Virus record (IMG/VR): IMGVR_UViG_3300044984_003392
Coordinates: 1-45,842 of that record
Origin: a virus
Lineage: Duplodnaviria; Caudoviricetes
DNA length: 45,842 nucleotides
Strand: one strand, 5' to 3'
The notes beneath the pieces are model-generated. The model saw nothing but the letters and a program-made list of their open reading frames with translations, was not told the DNA's origin and did no database searches. Within the stretch, counting starts at the first letter, position 1. Each line of letters starts with the position of its first letter. The position numbers and the translations under genes were made by a program. Shown in pieces: positions 25,737 to 34,007 of this stretch.

Positions 25737-26231
25737 ATGACTGAAGAAACCAAAAAGCCGAAATTCTGTGACAAGACCTCCGAAGGCACGACCGTCTCCT
25801 TCAAGTTCGGTAACGACACTGTCGTCGCCCTTGACCTGTCCACTCTCTCCGACGAGATGCAGCAAGAGCTGATGATTCACGGCGCACTGCAGAAAATTGG
25901 CGATAGCTACGCAAGCGCCGGTGGCGACTTCGCCTTTGGTATTGCCGCTGCCGAAAAGGTTATCGAGAACCTGAATAATGGCCTCTGGGGTTCTGCCCGT
26001 ACCGGCTCGGGGGAAAGCAAGAAGGGTTCGGGAGAACTCGCAACCGCGCTGGCCATGTTGCAAGGCAAGGACGTGGTGGAAGTCGCGGCCGCCCTCGAAG
26101 CCGCCACGGACGAACAGCGCAAGGCCGTTCGCGCCCATCCAGCTGTAAAAGCAAAGATCGCCGAGCTCCGCGCTGCCAAGGCTGCAGAAGCCCTGGCCAA
26201 GGCTGGCGACGCCGGTATCCTTTCCTTCTAA
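25737..26231 (+). CDS. Early hypothetical protein, paralogue B (HGxxQKIGDS family)
   Basis: TAAGGAG RBS; alignable with 22214-22723. Confidence 0.85.
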   Translation: MTEETKKPKFCDKTSEGTTVSFKFGNDTVVALDLSTLSDEMQQELMIHGALQKIGDSYASAGGDFAFGIAAAEKVIENLNNGLWGSARTGSGESKKGSGELATALAMLQGKDVVEVAAALEAATDEQRKAVRAHPAVKAKIAELRAAKAAEALAKAGDAGILSF

Positions 26232-26277
26232 GGGAAGTCAAACGGAACAGGGGAGTGAGTGCCCCTGCCACCGTTAT

Positions 26278-26308
26278 AGGGGAGTCTCCACAAGGGGCTC
26301 CCCTTTTT
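26278..26308 (+). terminator. Rho-independent terminator
   Basis: AGGGGAGTCTC-CACAA-GGGGCTCCCCT followed by TTTT. Confidence 0.8.
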
Positions 26309-26365
26309 CTCGCCCGTAGGGCGACTTTCCCTCGTCCGTAAGGCGATGAAGTTGTGTCGTAGATG

Positions 26366-26399
26366 CTGGGGACATTAATATTTAAATAACCGTCCCCAT
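26366..26399. promoter_or_regulatory. 34-bp palindromic site 4 (3 bp upstream of a -35 box)
   Basis: CTGGGGACATTAAT-atttaa-ATAACCGTCCCCAT. Confidence 0.6.
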
Positions 26400-26402
26400 C
26401 TA

Positions 26403-26431
26403 TTGACACACTCCCACCAATATGCGATAAT
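26403..26431 (+). promoter_or_regulatory. Sigma70-like promoter with extended -10
   Basis: TTGACA-17 bp-GATAAT, with TGn immediately before the -10. Confidence 0.8.
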
Positions 26432-26479
26432 AATCATGTAACAAGTTTTTCCCAGCTTTTCCACTCACAGGAGCTTCAA

Positions 26480-26953
26480 ATGCTAAACCCAGCTTCCAAC
26501 ATCCCCGAGACCCACGCGGCCGGCTCCCCCGACCTCCTCGCCTCCATCCTTTCCTCCTTCGGGACTCTCCCACCTAAAGGCCCTAAAAAGCCAGCGGCCA
26601 AGAAAGCCCTTCCTCCTCCCCTTCCTCTTCCCAAGTCCTTCTCCTTGCGCAAGACCGGCTATGTCACCTGGAAAGCCATCGGTCGCCAACTCCAAATCCA
26701 AGAGCAGGAATGTACCTGCTGCGGGAGCAAGGTGGAATATGTAAAGGCAGAGTTCTTCCTCCTTGAAAATGGAACAGCCTCGGCCACCTGGCTCCGGACT
26801 GAAGGCTATGGTATCGTCGAGCCGGAATCCCTCCCTATCACCTATCTCGACCTCGAACCCACCTTCGTCCCCGGCTGTGCCAGCTGCCGAACCAGCCCCT
26901 TCGACGACCTCGAATCCCTCTTCCACCCGAAACAGTTGGAGCTCTCCCTATGA
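26480..26953 (+). CDS. Hypothetical protein with CxxC/CxxC zinc-ribbon pattern
   Basis: AGGAG RBS; CTCC and CASC. Confidence 0.65.
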   Translation: MLNPASNIPETHAAGSPDLLASILSSFGTLPPKGPKKPAAKKALPPPLPLPKSFSLRKTGYVTWKAIGRQLQIQEQECTCCGSKVEYVKAEFFLLENGTASATWLRTEGYGIVEPESLPITYLDLEPTFVPGCASCRTSPFDDLESLFHPKQLELSL

Positions 26954-27138
26954 CCAAGATCCTCACCAAGGTTGAGTACCTCGCCCGCCTGCACAAGCAC
27001 GAGCAGCATGCCAAGGTTGTCTATTTCTTCACCGGGAATCTCCTCCAGCCTCTCCCCCTTCCCTCCCTTTCCTGTTCCTCCCTCACCATCACAAGCAAAA
27101 CCCTTTTCTCCTGCCAACAAACCCACCATCGGAGCTAA
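26950..27138 (+). CDS. Hypothetical protein (62 aa)
   Basis: ATGA coupling, GGAG RBS. Confidence 0.5.
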   Translation: MTKILTKVEYLARLHKHEQHAKVVYFFTGNLLQPLPLPSLSCSSLTITSKTLFSCQQTHHRS

Positions 27139-27143
27139 GCCCT

Positions 27144-27299
27144 ATGCCTTCCCTCCCCTACCTCCTCCGCGTCAAGCTCGCGCTTAAGGTCAAGCGCCAA
27201 GGCTACTACGCAACTCGGCAGCAAACCCTCCGTCTCGGCGGGAACCTGCACGACGTCGCCTTCATCCTCGCCAACACCCTCATCATCCAAGGAGCCTAA
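27144..27299 (+). CDS. Hypothetical protein (51 aa) MPSLPYLLRVKLALK...IIQGA
   Basis: Manual translation; GGAG RBS; fills the operon gap. Confidence 0.5.
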   Translation: MPSLPYLLRVKLALKVKRQGYYATRQQTLRLGGNLHDVAFILANTLIIQGA

Positions 27300-27300
27300 C

Positions 27301-27753
27301 ATGCCCAAGCCATCTGCCCAGCGTTACATCAATACGCGCAAGGTTGAGATCAACGCCATCATCTTCCTCCGCCGTTTGTTCTCCTCCGAACTTCGCAAAC
27401 TCCGCAATCTCCCCGCTGGCGACCTGCACCGCCACTGGTACTGCGACGACACTCTCGTCCTGACCTACAAGGTCAAGTTCCTTGACATGAGGGATTCCGC
27501 CCGTTACCTCGACAAGTTCGCCAACATCTGCGATCTCTCCACCTTCACCTCGGACGATAGCGACTCGGGCGTCCGGACGTTCCGCGCGAGCCTGACCAAG
27601 GGCGAGCAGCGCGCCAGGCTCTCCCTCGTCCTCGAGGCCGAACCCTTCTCGCCTGAGGAAAACCCTTCCGTCAAGTGTCGTAAAGTCCAAGTCGGAGTCG
27701 ATACGCACACTTACACCTCCACCACCCCCCGTTACGAACTTATCTGCGATTAA
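27301..27753 (+). CDS. Hypothetical protein (150 aa)
   Basis: AAGGAG RBS, C-ending codon bias. Confidence 0.75.
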   Translation: MPKPSAQRYINTRKVEINAIIFLRRLFSSELRKLRNLPAGDLHRHWYCDDTLVLTYKVKFLDMRDSARYLDKFANICDLSTFTSDDSDSGVRTFRASLTKGEQRARLSLVLEAEPFSPEENPSVKCRKVQVGVDTHTYTSTTPRYELICD

Positions 27754-27765
27754 GGAGCCTTCCCC

Positions 27766-28056
27766 ATGAAAACTAAAGACCTCGTCTGGACTTCCCGTGA
27801 TGGCAAGCGGGAGACCATTTCCCAGATGGAAACCGACCACCTCTTCAACCTGGCACTCTTCCTCCAACGCCTTCAGGAGGATACGACCAAGCTCGAGGCC
27901 TTCGCGGCTGAGCGGGATCAGGTTCTTCCCGCCCGTATGATCCAGTCTGCACCGCTAACCCAGTGGCGCGATGGAGTTCTTGACGAACTTAACAAGCGTG
28001 CGAAAAAAGAACTCAAGCTGGCCGAACGCATCCTCTCACGCTTTTCACGGAGCTAA
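27766..28056 (+). CDS. Hypothetical protein (96 aa)
   Basis: TAAGGAG RBS; WTSRDG...ISQMETDHLFN motif seen in phage proteins. Confidence 0.75.
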   Translation: MKTKDLVWTSRDGKRETISQMETDHLFNLALFLQRLQEDTTKLEAFAAERDQVLPARMIQSAPLTQWRDGVLDELNKRAKKELKLAERILSRFSRS

Positions 28057-28058
28057 TC

Positions 28059-28493
28059 ATGACTGACAAAATCCGCCCCTGCGGCCTCTTCTCCAAGCGC
28101 GCCACCCTTACCGAAGCCGTCGAGTACTCTTCCTCCCTCATCAAGACCCTCCCACGCGTCGAGCGCGGTACGGCCTACACCGCCCTGTGGGTGAGCGTCA
28201 ATACCGCCCTGGCCGAAATCGACAAGCTCGACCTGGCCTCCACCCATCCCTACTCCATCCCCGAGCTTGATGCCCTGGCCGATACCTCCGTAGATAACTC
28301 CTCCCCCGAGGAGCTCCGCCGCCATGTCCGCACAGCCCTTCCCCTCCACCTCGCCCGTTGCTTCCAGCTCGCCCAGATCGCTCCACGCCTTGCGGAAGAT
28401 CACACCCTCTTCGCCATGCTTATCGTCCGCCTCTTCTCCCTCGACAAGGAAACCCTCCTGGCCGAAGTCGAATCCCTTCTCTCCCGCCAGTAA
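28059..28493 (+). CDS. Hypothetical protein (144 aa)
   Basis: GGAG RBS, operon context. Confidence 0.7.
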   Translation: MTDKIRPCGLFSKRATLTEAVEYSSSLIKTLPRVERGTAYTALWVSVNTALAEIDKLDLASTHPYSIPELDALADTSVDNSSPEELRRHVRTALPLHLARCFQLAQIAPRLAEDHTLFAMLIVRLFSLDKETLLAEVESLLSRQ

Positions 28494-28495
28494 TC

Positions 28496-28711
28496 ATGTC
28501 CGTCGGCTGCCTTATCTACATCACCCCCGAGGGAGAGATCCTTCACCGGATCCCTCTCTGGCCGTGGCCATCTCCCGGAACTTACCCGATCCAGTACCCT
28601 GACGGTACCTGGGTTCAGTTCTTTCCGCACTCCTACCTGCGCTTTTCCCTCGGAGACCACCTCTCCCCGTTCCCACCCGTAGTTCCACTCTCCCCGAAAG
28701 GAGAATCATGA
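28496..28711 (+). CDS. Hypothetical Pro-rich protein (71 aa)
   Basis: ATG 2 nt after the upstream stop; ATGA coupling downstream. Confidence 0.45.
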   Translation: MSVGCLIYITPEGEILHRIPLWPWPSPGTYPIQYPDGTWVQFFPHSYLRFSLGDHLSPFPPVVPLSPKGES

Positions 28712-29148
28712 AAACCTTAGCCCGCAACATCCCCCTGACAATGTACGGCCGCTCTTACCTCTGCGATATCATCCTCGGGCTTTACACCTTGACCAAGCGG
28801 CCTGCCATCATGCTTGTCGCTTCCCGTCCGGACTCCCTTGGGGGAGAACTCGCCTGGGACGGCACGCCCATCGCCACCGCCTCCACCAACGCGCCCGAGG
28901 AATACATCCAGCACCTCACCCCGCCCCACTTCACCGCCAAGACCTACTCTGAAAACGAGGGCCTCTGGGAGCAGCTCCTCCCCCTACTCGACGAGGACGG
29001 CTTCCCGCTCTTCGTCCAGACCCGATACAAAATCACCCTCGGTTTCGCGACTGCCCCGATCATGCTCCTCGGCCCGAACGCCTCCATGTCGCTCTTCGAC
29101 CTCCGCGATGAACTCAACCACCCGACGCAAGGAGACTTCCATGGCTAA
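28708..29148 (+). CDS. Hypothetical protein (KxYSENEG motif, DUF4313-like)
   Basis: AAGGAG RBS; IATASTN...KTYSENEGL. Confidence 0.6.
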   Translation: MKTLARNIPLTMYGRSYLCDIILGLYTLTKRPAIMLVASRPDSLGGELAWDGTPIATASTNAPEEYIQHLTPPHFTAKTYSENEGLWEQLLPLLDEDGFPLFVQTRYKITLGFATAPIMLLGPNASMSLFDLRDELNHPTQGDFHG

Positions 29149-29377
29149 GCTCGGCCGCCCAGCTCTTCTCATCCCCACTGTCGAGTGGAAAGTCCGGGTT
29201 CCTGTCGACCTGGCGGCGAAAGCCGATCTCCTCCACCTCGACCCTATCCGCGGAAACCTGAAATATGGCGCCCGCTCCGAACTTATCACCATCCTACTGC
29301 GGGAGTACCTTGACAAGCTGGGAAAAGATGGGGATGATAAACATTCAATTAACAGCCCGGAGAATCCAAATGTCTGA
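29141..29377 (+). CDS. Ribbon-helix-helix (Arc/CopG-like) DNA-binding protein
   Basis: AAGGAG RBS; WKVRVPVDLAAKAD strand-helix followed by the RSELITILLREYL helix. Confidence 0.6.
   Translation: MAKLGRPALLIPTVEWKVRVPVDLAAKADLLHLDPIRGNLKYGARSELITILLREYLDKLGKDGDDKHSINSPENPNV
29310..29361 (+). promoter_or_regulatory. Possible promoter overlapped by palindromic site 5
   Basis: TTGACA-17 bp-GATGAT; ATGGGGATGATAAA-cattca-ATTAACAGCCCGGA at 29328-29361. Confidence 0.45.
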
Positions 29378-29618
29378 AGAAGCCCCCGCCCTCCCCCCGA
29401 AGCTCGCAACCGCCGAAGAGCTTAACGACCTCCGCAAGCGCGTCCTTGCTGGCGAGGAGTTCCCCGCAGCCGAGTACCGCAAGATCATCGCTGCCTATCG
29501 CGCCAACCGGCTCGGAGCCGTTGCCGCCTCCGCCCCGAAAACCAAAGCCAAGGCCGCTGCCTCCGCCAAGGCCGCCCCTGTCGACCTTTCAACCCTCCTC
29601 GGAGGTATCGGACTATGA
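29370..29618 (+). CDS. Hypothetical protein (82 aa)
   Basis: GGAG RBS; ATGA coupling to the nuclease gene. Confidence 0.7.
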   Translation: MSEEAPALPPKLATAEELNDLRKRVLAGEEFPAAEYRKIIAAYRANRLGAVAASAPKTKAKAAASAKAAPVDLSTLLGGIGL

Positions 29619-30526
29619 GCTCCCCCTTGACCTTCCCCTCTCTCCTCGACAATTCCGCCGTCTCCTCCTTCAAAAAGTGCCCGACCGACTGGAAATACGG
29701 AAGCTTGCAATCTATCGCCCGCAAGGGCGGTAATATCCACCTCCATTTCGGAGGTGCCTATGCCGCCGGGCTGGAAGCCGGGCGCAAGGCCTTCTACGAC
29801 GACGACATCGACGAGGAGACCGCCCTCACCATCGCCCTCGATACCGCAACCAAGTTCTGGGGAGAGTACGAAGCTCCTGAGGATTTTTCTGGAGCAAAGA
29901 GTTATGAACGCCTTATGGGAGCCATTGTTGAGTACTTCGAGCAATACCCCCTCTCCTCCGACATCGTCAAGCCATTCCGTCTGGCTAACGGCAAGTCTGC
30001 GGTGGAGTTTACCTTCGCCATCCCCCTGCCTAATGTCAAGCACCCAGTCACGGGCGACCCCCTCCTGTACGGAGGCCGCTTCGACATGCTGGCCGAACGG
30101 GATGGAGTCCTTTTCGTCGAGGATGACAAGACAGCTTCTCAGCTCGGAAGCCAGTGGATGCGAAACTGGACTCTTGATGCTCAGTTTACTGGCTATTGCT
30201 GGGCTGCCCGTGACTTCGGCTACCCTGTTGCAGGCGCGATCATACGTGGCCTGTCAATCCTCAAAAACGGCTATGGACATGCCCAGGCCATTACCTACCG
30301 CCCCGACTGGCAGATTGACCGCTGGCTCGCCTCCACCGAGCATACCGTCCGGCTCATGATCGCGTACTGGGAGCAAGGCTTCTTCCCCCTCGCCCTCGAC
30401 AAGCACGCTTGTAACAGCTACGGCGGGTGTGGCTTCTCCCAGCTTTGTGAGAGTCCCAATCCTGACTCTTGGATCGCGATGAATTACGAGCCGCGCGTCT
30501 GGAACCCTCTCGCTAAAGGAGCCTAA
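29615..30526 (+). CDS. Cas4/RecB-like PD-(D/E)xK exonuclease
   Basis: FKKCP, GRFD...EDDKT, QFTGY and C-terminal CNSYGGCGFSQLC (Fe-S cysteine pattern). Confidence 0.85.
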   Translation: MSSPLTFPSLLDNSAVSSFKKCPTDWKYGSLQSIARKGGNIHLHFGGAYAAGLEAGRKAFYDDDIDEETALTIALDTATKFWGEYEAPEDFSGAKSYERLMGAIVEYFEQYPLSSDIVKPFRLANGKSAVEFTFAIPLPNVKHPVTGDPLLYGGRFDMLAERDGVLFVEDDKTASQLGSQWMRNWTLDAQFTGYCWAARDFGYPVAGAIIRGLSILKNGYGHAQAITYRPDWQIDRWLASTEHTVRLMIAYWEQGFFPLALDKHACNSYGGCGFSQLCESPNPDSWIAMNYEPRVWNPLAKGA

Positions 30527-30529
30527 CCC

Positions 30530-30898
30530 ATGTCCGTAGACGGCAATGCTACAGTCCATTACTTCGAAGGGAACGCCCTTGTCGGCTCCCGCGAGACGTA
30601 TTGCTGCGGCTACGCCCCCACTCCGGACAAGCGGGTTTCCGCCTACTGGCCGAACACAGCCTTTTTCTGCCCCGTATGCGGGGAGATCTGGGGGCGCGCC
30701 GTCTACGACCACCACTTCCAGTACTCGCCCGTCACCCCCCACAACTGGGTTATCGAAAGCCGCCGCTGTGTCCAGCACGGAGACGGCCTCTTCCTTTCCG
30801 GCTACGGGGAAGAACACCTCCCCAGCTGTTCCCGTGAGCTCCTCGCAAGGGAAGCCCACATCCTCTGTCTCCACCAACCAACCAAGGAATTCTTATGA
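30530..30898 (+). CDS. Zinc-binding hypothetical protein
   Basis: FFCPVCGEIW...RCVQH; AAGGAG RBS. Confidence 0.6.
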   Translation: MSVDGNATVHYFEGNALVGSRETYCCGYAPTPDKRVSAYWPNTAFFCPVCGEIWGRAVYDHHFQYSPVTPHNWVIESRRCVQHGDGLFLSGYGEEHLPSCSRELLAREAHILCLHQPTKEFL

Positions 30899-31722
30899 CC
30901 ACCCCTTCCTCCTCCGCCCCCGGCTTCAACGTGATGCTCTGCGGTACCACGGGCACAGGCAAGACCCACTCCATCCGCACGCTCGTCGAGCAAGGCCTCG
31001 AGGTCTTCGTACTGTTCACGGAACCTGGCATGGAAGTTCTCGCCGATCTGCCGCCTGAGAAGCTCCACTGGCACTACGTCGCGCCTTCCGCCCCTGACTT
31101 CTCCGACATGATCGCCTCGGCGCAGAAGATCAACACCATGTCCTTCGAAGCCCTGACCAAGCTTCCCGACATTAACAAACGCAACTACACCGAGTTCATC
31201 GACGTGCTGACTTCCCTCTCCAACTTCAAGTGCGACCGCACAGGCGAATCCTTCGGCTCCGTCGACAGCTGGGGGCCAGACAAAGTCCTCGTCGTCGACT
31301 CCCTCACAGGCCTCTCCCTCATGGCTATGAACCTCGTTACCGGAAGTAAGCCGGTGAAGTCCATGGCCGACTGGGGCGTGGCCATCGACAATCTCGAGCG
31401 GCTTATCGTAAAACTGTGTGTCGACACCAAGTGCCACTTCGTTCTCCTCGCCCATCTCGAGCGCGAGGTCGACGAGGTCACCGGCGGCACCAGCCTGATG
31501 GCCTCCACCCTCGGCCGGAAACTCGCCCCCAAGCTCCCCCGTTTCTTCTCCGACGTGATCCAAGCCAAGCGCAACGTCGACAAGTTCGTGTGGAGCACAG
31601 CCGCCTCCAACGTCGACCTCAAAGCCCGGAACCTTCCCATCGCGGACAACCTCGACCCGTCCTTCAAGGCCATCTTGACCTCCTGGAAGAAACACCAGCC
31701 CGAGGCCGAAAAAAAAGCTTGA
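30895..31722 (+). CDS. AAA_24 / Sak4-like P-loop ATPase (recombinase)
   Basis: GTTGTGKT Walker A, VLVVDSLT Walker B, VLLAH; flanked by the exonuclease and SSB-like genes. Confidence 0.8.
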   Translation: MTTPSSSAPGFNVMLCGTTGTGKTHSIRTLVEQGLEVFVLFTEPGMEVLADLPPEKLHWHYVAPSAPDFSDMIASAQKINTMSFEALTKLPDINKRNYTEFIDVLTSLSNFKCDRTGESFGSVDSWGPDKVLVVDSLTGLSLMAMNLVTGSKPVKSMADWGVAIDNLERLIVKLCVDTKCHFVLLAHLEREVDEVTGGTSLMASTLGRKLAPKLPRFFSDVIQAKRNVDKFVWSTAASNVDLKARNLPIADNLDPSFKAILTSWKKHQPEAEKKA

Positions 31723-31747
31723 CAAACTGACCGTCCATATGTAAAGT
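31719..31747 (+). promoter_or_regulatory. Sigma70-like promoter for the SSB-like gene
   Basis: TTGACA-17 bp-TAAAGT. Confidence 0.7.
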
Positions 31748-31819
31748 ACCCATTCGGTTTGCGGCACACCGATTTGTCAAGTGCCGCAGTTCTACCCTCA
31801 ACCAACCAAGGAGCCTCAA

Positions 31820-32263
31820 ATGTCTGCTTTCAATCCTGACACCTTCCTCAACACCGAAACCGAGTCCGCCTCCGCCACCTCCTACACCCCCTGCCCTGAA
31901 GGCGAGATGACCGCCGCTATCAAGGCCATCAAGCCCCGCGTCTTGACCGACGGCCGCGCTGTTCTCGACGTCACCTGGACTGTCGATGACGAGACCGCTC
32001 GCCAAGAAACTGGCATGGCCGAACCGTCCGTCCGCCAGACCATCTGGCTTGACACCACCGAGTCCGGTGGCCTCGACTTCGGCAAGGGCAAGAACGTCGG
32101 CCTTGGCCGCCTCCGTGACGCTGTTGGCCAGAACCAAGCCGGTAAGCCCTGGGCTCCTGGCATGCTCGTCGGCCAAGTCGCCAAGGTCAAGGTCAGCCAC
32201 TCCATCGACAAGCGCGATGGCGTCACCATCAACGCCGAAGTAAAGGCCGTTCTCCCACTGTAG
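31820..32263 (+). CDS. Single-stranded DNA-binding protein-like (DUF669-type OB fold)
   Basis: AAGGAG RBS; YTPCPEGEMTAAI...LGRLRDAVG...LVGQVAKVKV; follows the Sak4-like gene. Confidence 0.65.
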   Translation: MSAFNPDTFLNTETESASATSYTPCPEGEMTAAIKAIKPRVLTDGRAVLDVTWTVDDETARQETGMAEPSVRQTIWLDTTESGGLDFGKGKNVGLGRLRDAVGQNQAGKPWAPGMLVGQVAKVKVSHSIDKRDGVTINAEVKAVLPL

Positions 32264-32295
32264 TTTTTCCGTTCTCCCACTGTAGTTTTTCCGTT
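32247..32295. repeat. 22-bp perfect tandem duplication
   Basis: CCGTTCTCCCACTGTAGTTTTT x2 plus CCGTT; spans the SSB-like stop codon. Confidence 0.9.
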
Positions 32296-32341
32296 GTCTC
32301 CTCCGCGTAGGGTTCTTGCGTACCCTGCTTGCGGTCTTTGC

Positions 32342-32374
32342 GGGGAGAGGGTTTCGGCCTTCTCCCCTTTTTTT
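32342..32374 (+). terminator. Rho-independent terminator
   Basis: GGGGAGAGGGT-TTCG-GCCTTCTCCCC followed by T7. Confidence 0.85.
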
Positions 32375-32394
32375 ACCTACGGAGTTTTCCCCCT

Positions 32395-32688
32395 ATGTCC
32401 ATCCCCCTCGACGCGGCTACCAGAGCCCGCCTCGCTCAGGACTTCAACACTGAGTCCGCCCCGGTAACTACCCCCTCCGCCTTCGAATCCCAGATCGGTG
32501 GTGGCCATTACAAGTCCCTCTCCATCCAGCCCGCCCTCTTCTCCGAGGCGAACGGTCTTTCCTTCCTTGAAGGTTCCATCGTCAAGCGCATTTGCCGGCA
32601 TCGCAGTAAGAACGGCTCTGAGGACATCCGCAAGGCCATCCACGAACTCACCCTTCTGCTTGAAATCACCTACGGAGAGCGTCCATGA
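32395..32688 (+). CDS. DUF3310 family protein (T7 gp1.7-like, putative nucleotide kinase)
   Basis: QIGGGHYK...QP...FLEGSIVK...KNGSEDIRKAIH motif. Confidence 0.75.
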   Translation: MSIPLDAATRARLAQDFNTESAPVTTPSAFESQIGGGHYKSLSIQPALFSEANGLSFLEGSIVKRICRHRSKNGSEDIRKAIHELTLLLEITYGERP

Positions 32689-34007
32689 AAACGATCCCCC
32701 TTTCCTCCCTTGTTATTCCCCACAATCGCCAGCGGCGTACATTCGATGAAAAGAAACTCCAAGAACTCGCCGAGTCCATCATGTCCAAGGGACTCTTTCA
32801 CCCCCCTGTCGTACACTTCGACGGGGAGGTTTATACTCTCATCGCAGGCGAACGTCGCACGCGCGCAATCACTTCCCTCTCTGCCATCTCCGTCGGAGTC
32901 TCTTGCGGAGGAGAGTCCTTCCCCCCCGGAACCCTTCCCATTACTCTCCTCGCCGACCTCGACCCATACTCCCGTAGAGAAGCTGAGCTCGAAGAAAACA
33001 CAGTCCGAGACGACCTGACCTGGGCGGACAAAGCCCGGGCGATCTCCGAGCTCGACGCCCTTCGTAAAGAGCAGGCGGCGGACGTTGGCCTCTACCACTC
33101 CTTCCGCGATACGGCTTCTGAGATCATCGGCCAACTCGCTCAAGGAGCCGAGATCACCAAGGTCACCGATGCCGTCATCGTAACCAAGTACCTCGACGAT
33201 CCGGAAGTCGCCTCCGCCAAGACACAGAAGGAAGCCCTCAAGGTCATTAAGAAAAAGGCCGAGGCCGCCCATAGGGAAGTCCTTGCGGCAAACTTCGACA
33301 TGGCCAAGACCCCCCACACGCTGGCCCTTGCCAGTGCCTTCGACTACGCCAAAGACCTCCCAACCGGAGCCTTCGATGTTATCCTTACCGACCCTCCTTA
33401 TGGTATCAACGCTGATGGTTTTGGCTCTATGGCCGGTACTGAACACGCCTACGAGGACTCCCCCGACTACGGGCTCGACTGCTACAAGCTTGTCGCATAT
33501 GAAGGCTTCCGCGTGGCCAAGGATCGCGCCCACTGCTACGTCTTTCTCGACCCCCGCTTCTGGAACGCCGTCAGCCTCGAGTTCGCTATCGCCGGCTGGA
33601 ATGTGTGGCCTACTCCACTCATCTGGAACAAAGGAAATGGTATGCTGCCTAAACCAGAGCATGGGCCTCGCCGTACTTACGAGATGGTGCTCTTCGCGAC
33701 CAAAGGGGCCAGGAAAGTCCTCAAAGTAGGGGCGGACGTCATCACCTGCCCACTCGTCCAGGAACGCGATCACGGAGCCCAGAAGCCCGTCCTGCTCTAT
33801 TCCGAGCTACTCTCCCGCTCCGCCCTCCCAGGGAATACCGTCCTCGACCTCTTCGCCGGATCGGGTACGATCTTTCCCGCCTCCAACAAGGCCAAAGTCA
33901 TCGCCACGGCTTGCGAGATCCACAAGCCGTACTACGACCTGGCGCTTTCCCGCATCAACTCCTCCGACGATATTTCCGAACTCCTTCCTCGGGAGCTCCT
34001 CCTATGA
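32685..34007 (+). CDS. ParB-like N-terminal domain fused to an N6A/N4C DNA methyltransferase
   Basis: ELAESIMSKGLFHPPVV, LIAGERRTRA, ELEENTVRDDL; ILTDPPYG, HGAQKP, VLDLFAGSGT. Confidence 0.88.
   Translation: MKTIPLSSLVIPHNRQRRTFDEKKLQELAESIMSKGLFHPPVVHFDGEVYTLIAGERRTRAITSLSAISVGVSCGGESFPPGTLPITLLADLDPYSRREAELEENTVRDDLTWADKARAISELDALRKEQAADVGLYHSFRDTASEIIGQLAQGAEITKVTDAVIVTKYLDDPEVASAKTQKEALKVIKKKAEAAHREVLAANFDMAKTPHTLALASAFDYAKDLPTGAFDVILTDPPYGINADGFGSMAGTEHAYEDSPDYGLDCYKLVAYEGFRVAKDRAHCYVFLDPRFWNAVSLEFAIAGWNVWPTPLIWNKGNGMLPKPEHGPRRTYEMVLFATKGARKVLKVGADVITCPLVQERDHGAQKPVLLYSELLSRSALPGNTVLDLFAGSGTIFPASNKAKVIATACEIHKPYYDLALSRINSSDDISELLPRELLL

Noticed and set aside
26240-26345. Multi-hairpin intergenic segment as a tRNA or ncRNA
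   Set aside because: No cloverleaf or T-loop signature; the main stem is adequately explained as a terminator.
29615-30526. Cas4-like gene as part of a CRISPR-Cas system
   Set aside because: No cas1, cas2 or array; the context is a Sak4/SSB recombination module.
31775-31780. Antisense TTGACA as a promoter opposing the ATPase gene
   Set aside because: No matching -10 hexamer at the correct spacing.
32247-32295. 22-bp direct repeat as an att site or mini-CRISPR
   Set aside because: The copies are adjacent with no spacer and no integrase is present; consistent with slippage.
32685-33200. ParB domain as evidence of a phage-plasmid lifestyle
   Set aside because: No ParA, plasmid Rep, protelomerase or CI-like repressor was recognised; the domain is fused to a methyltransferase.
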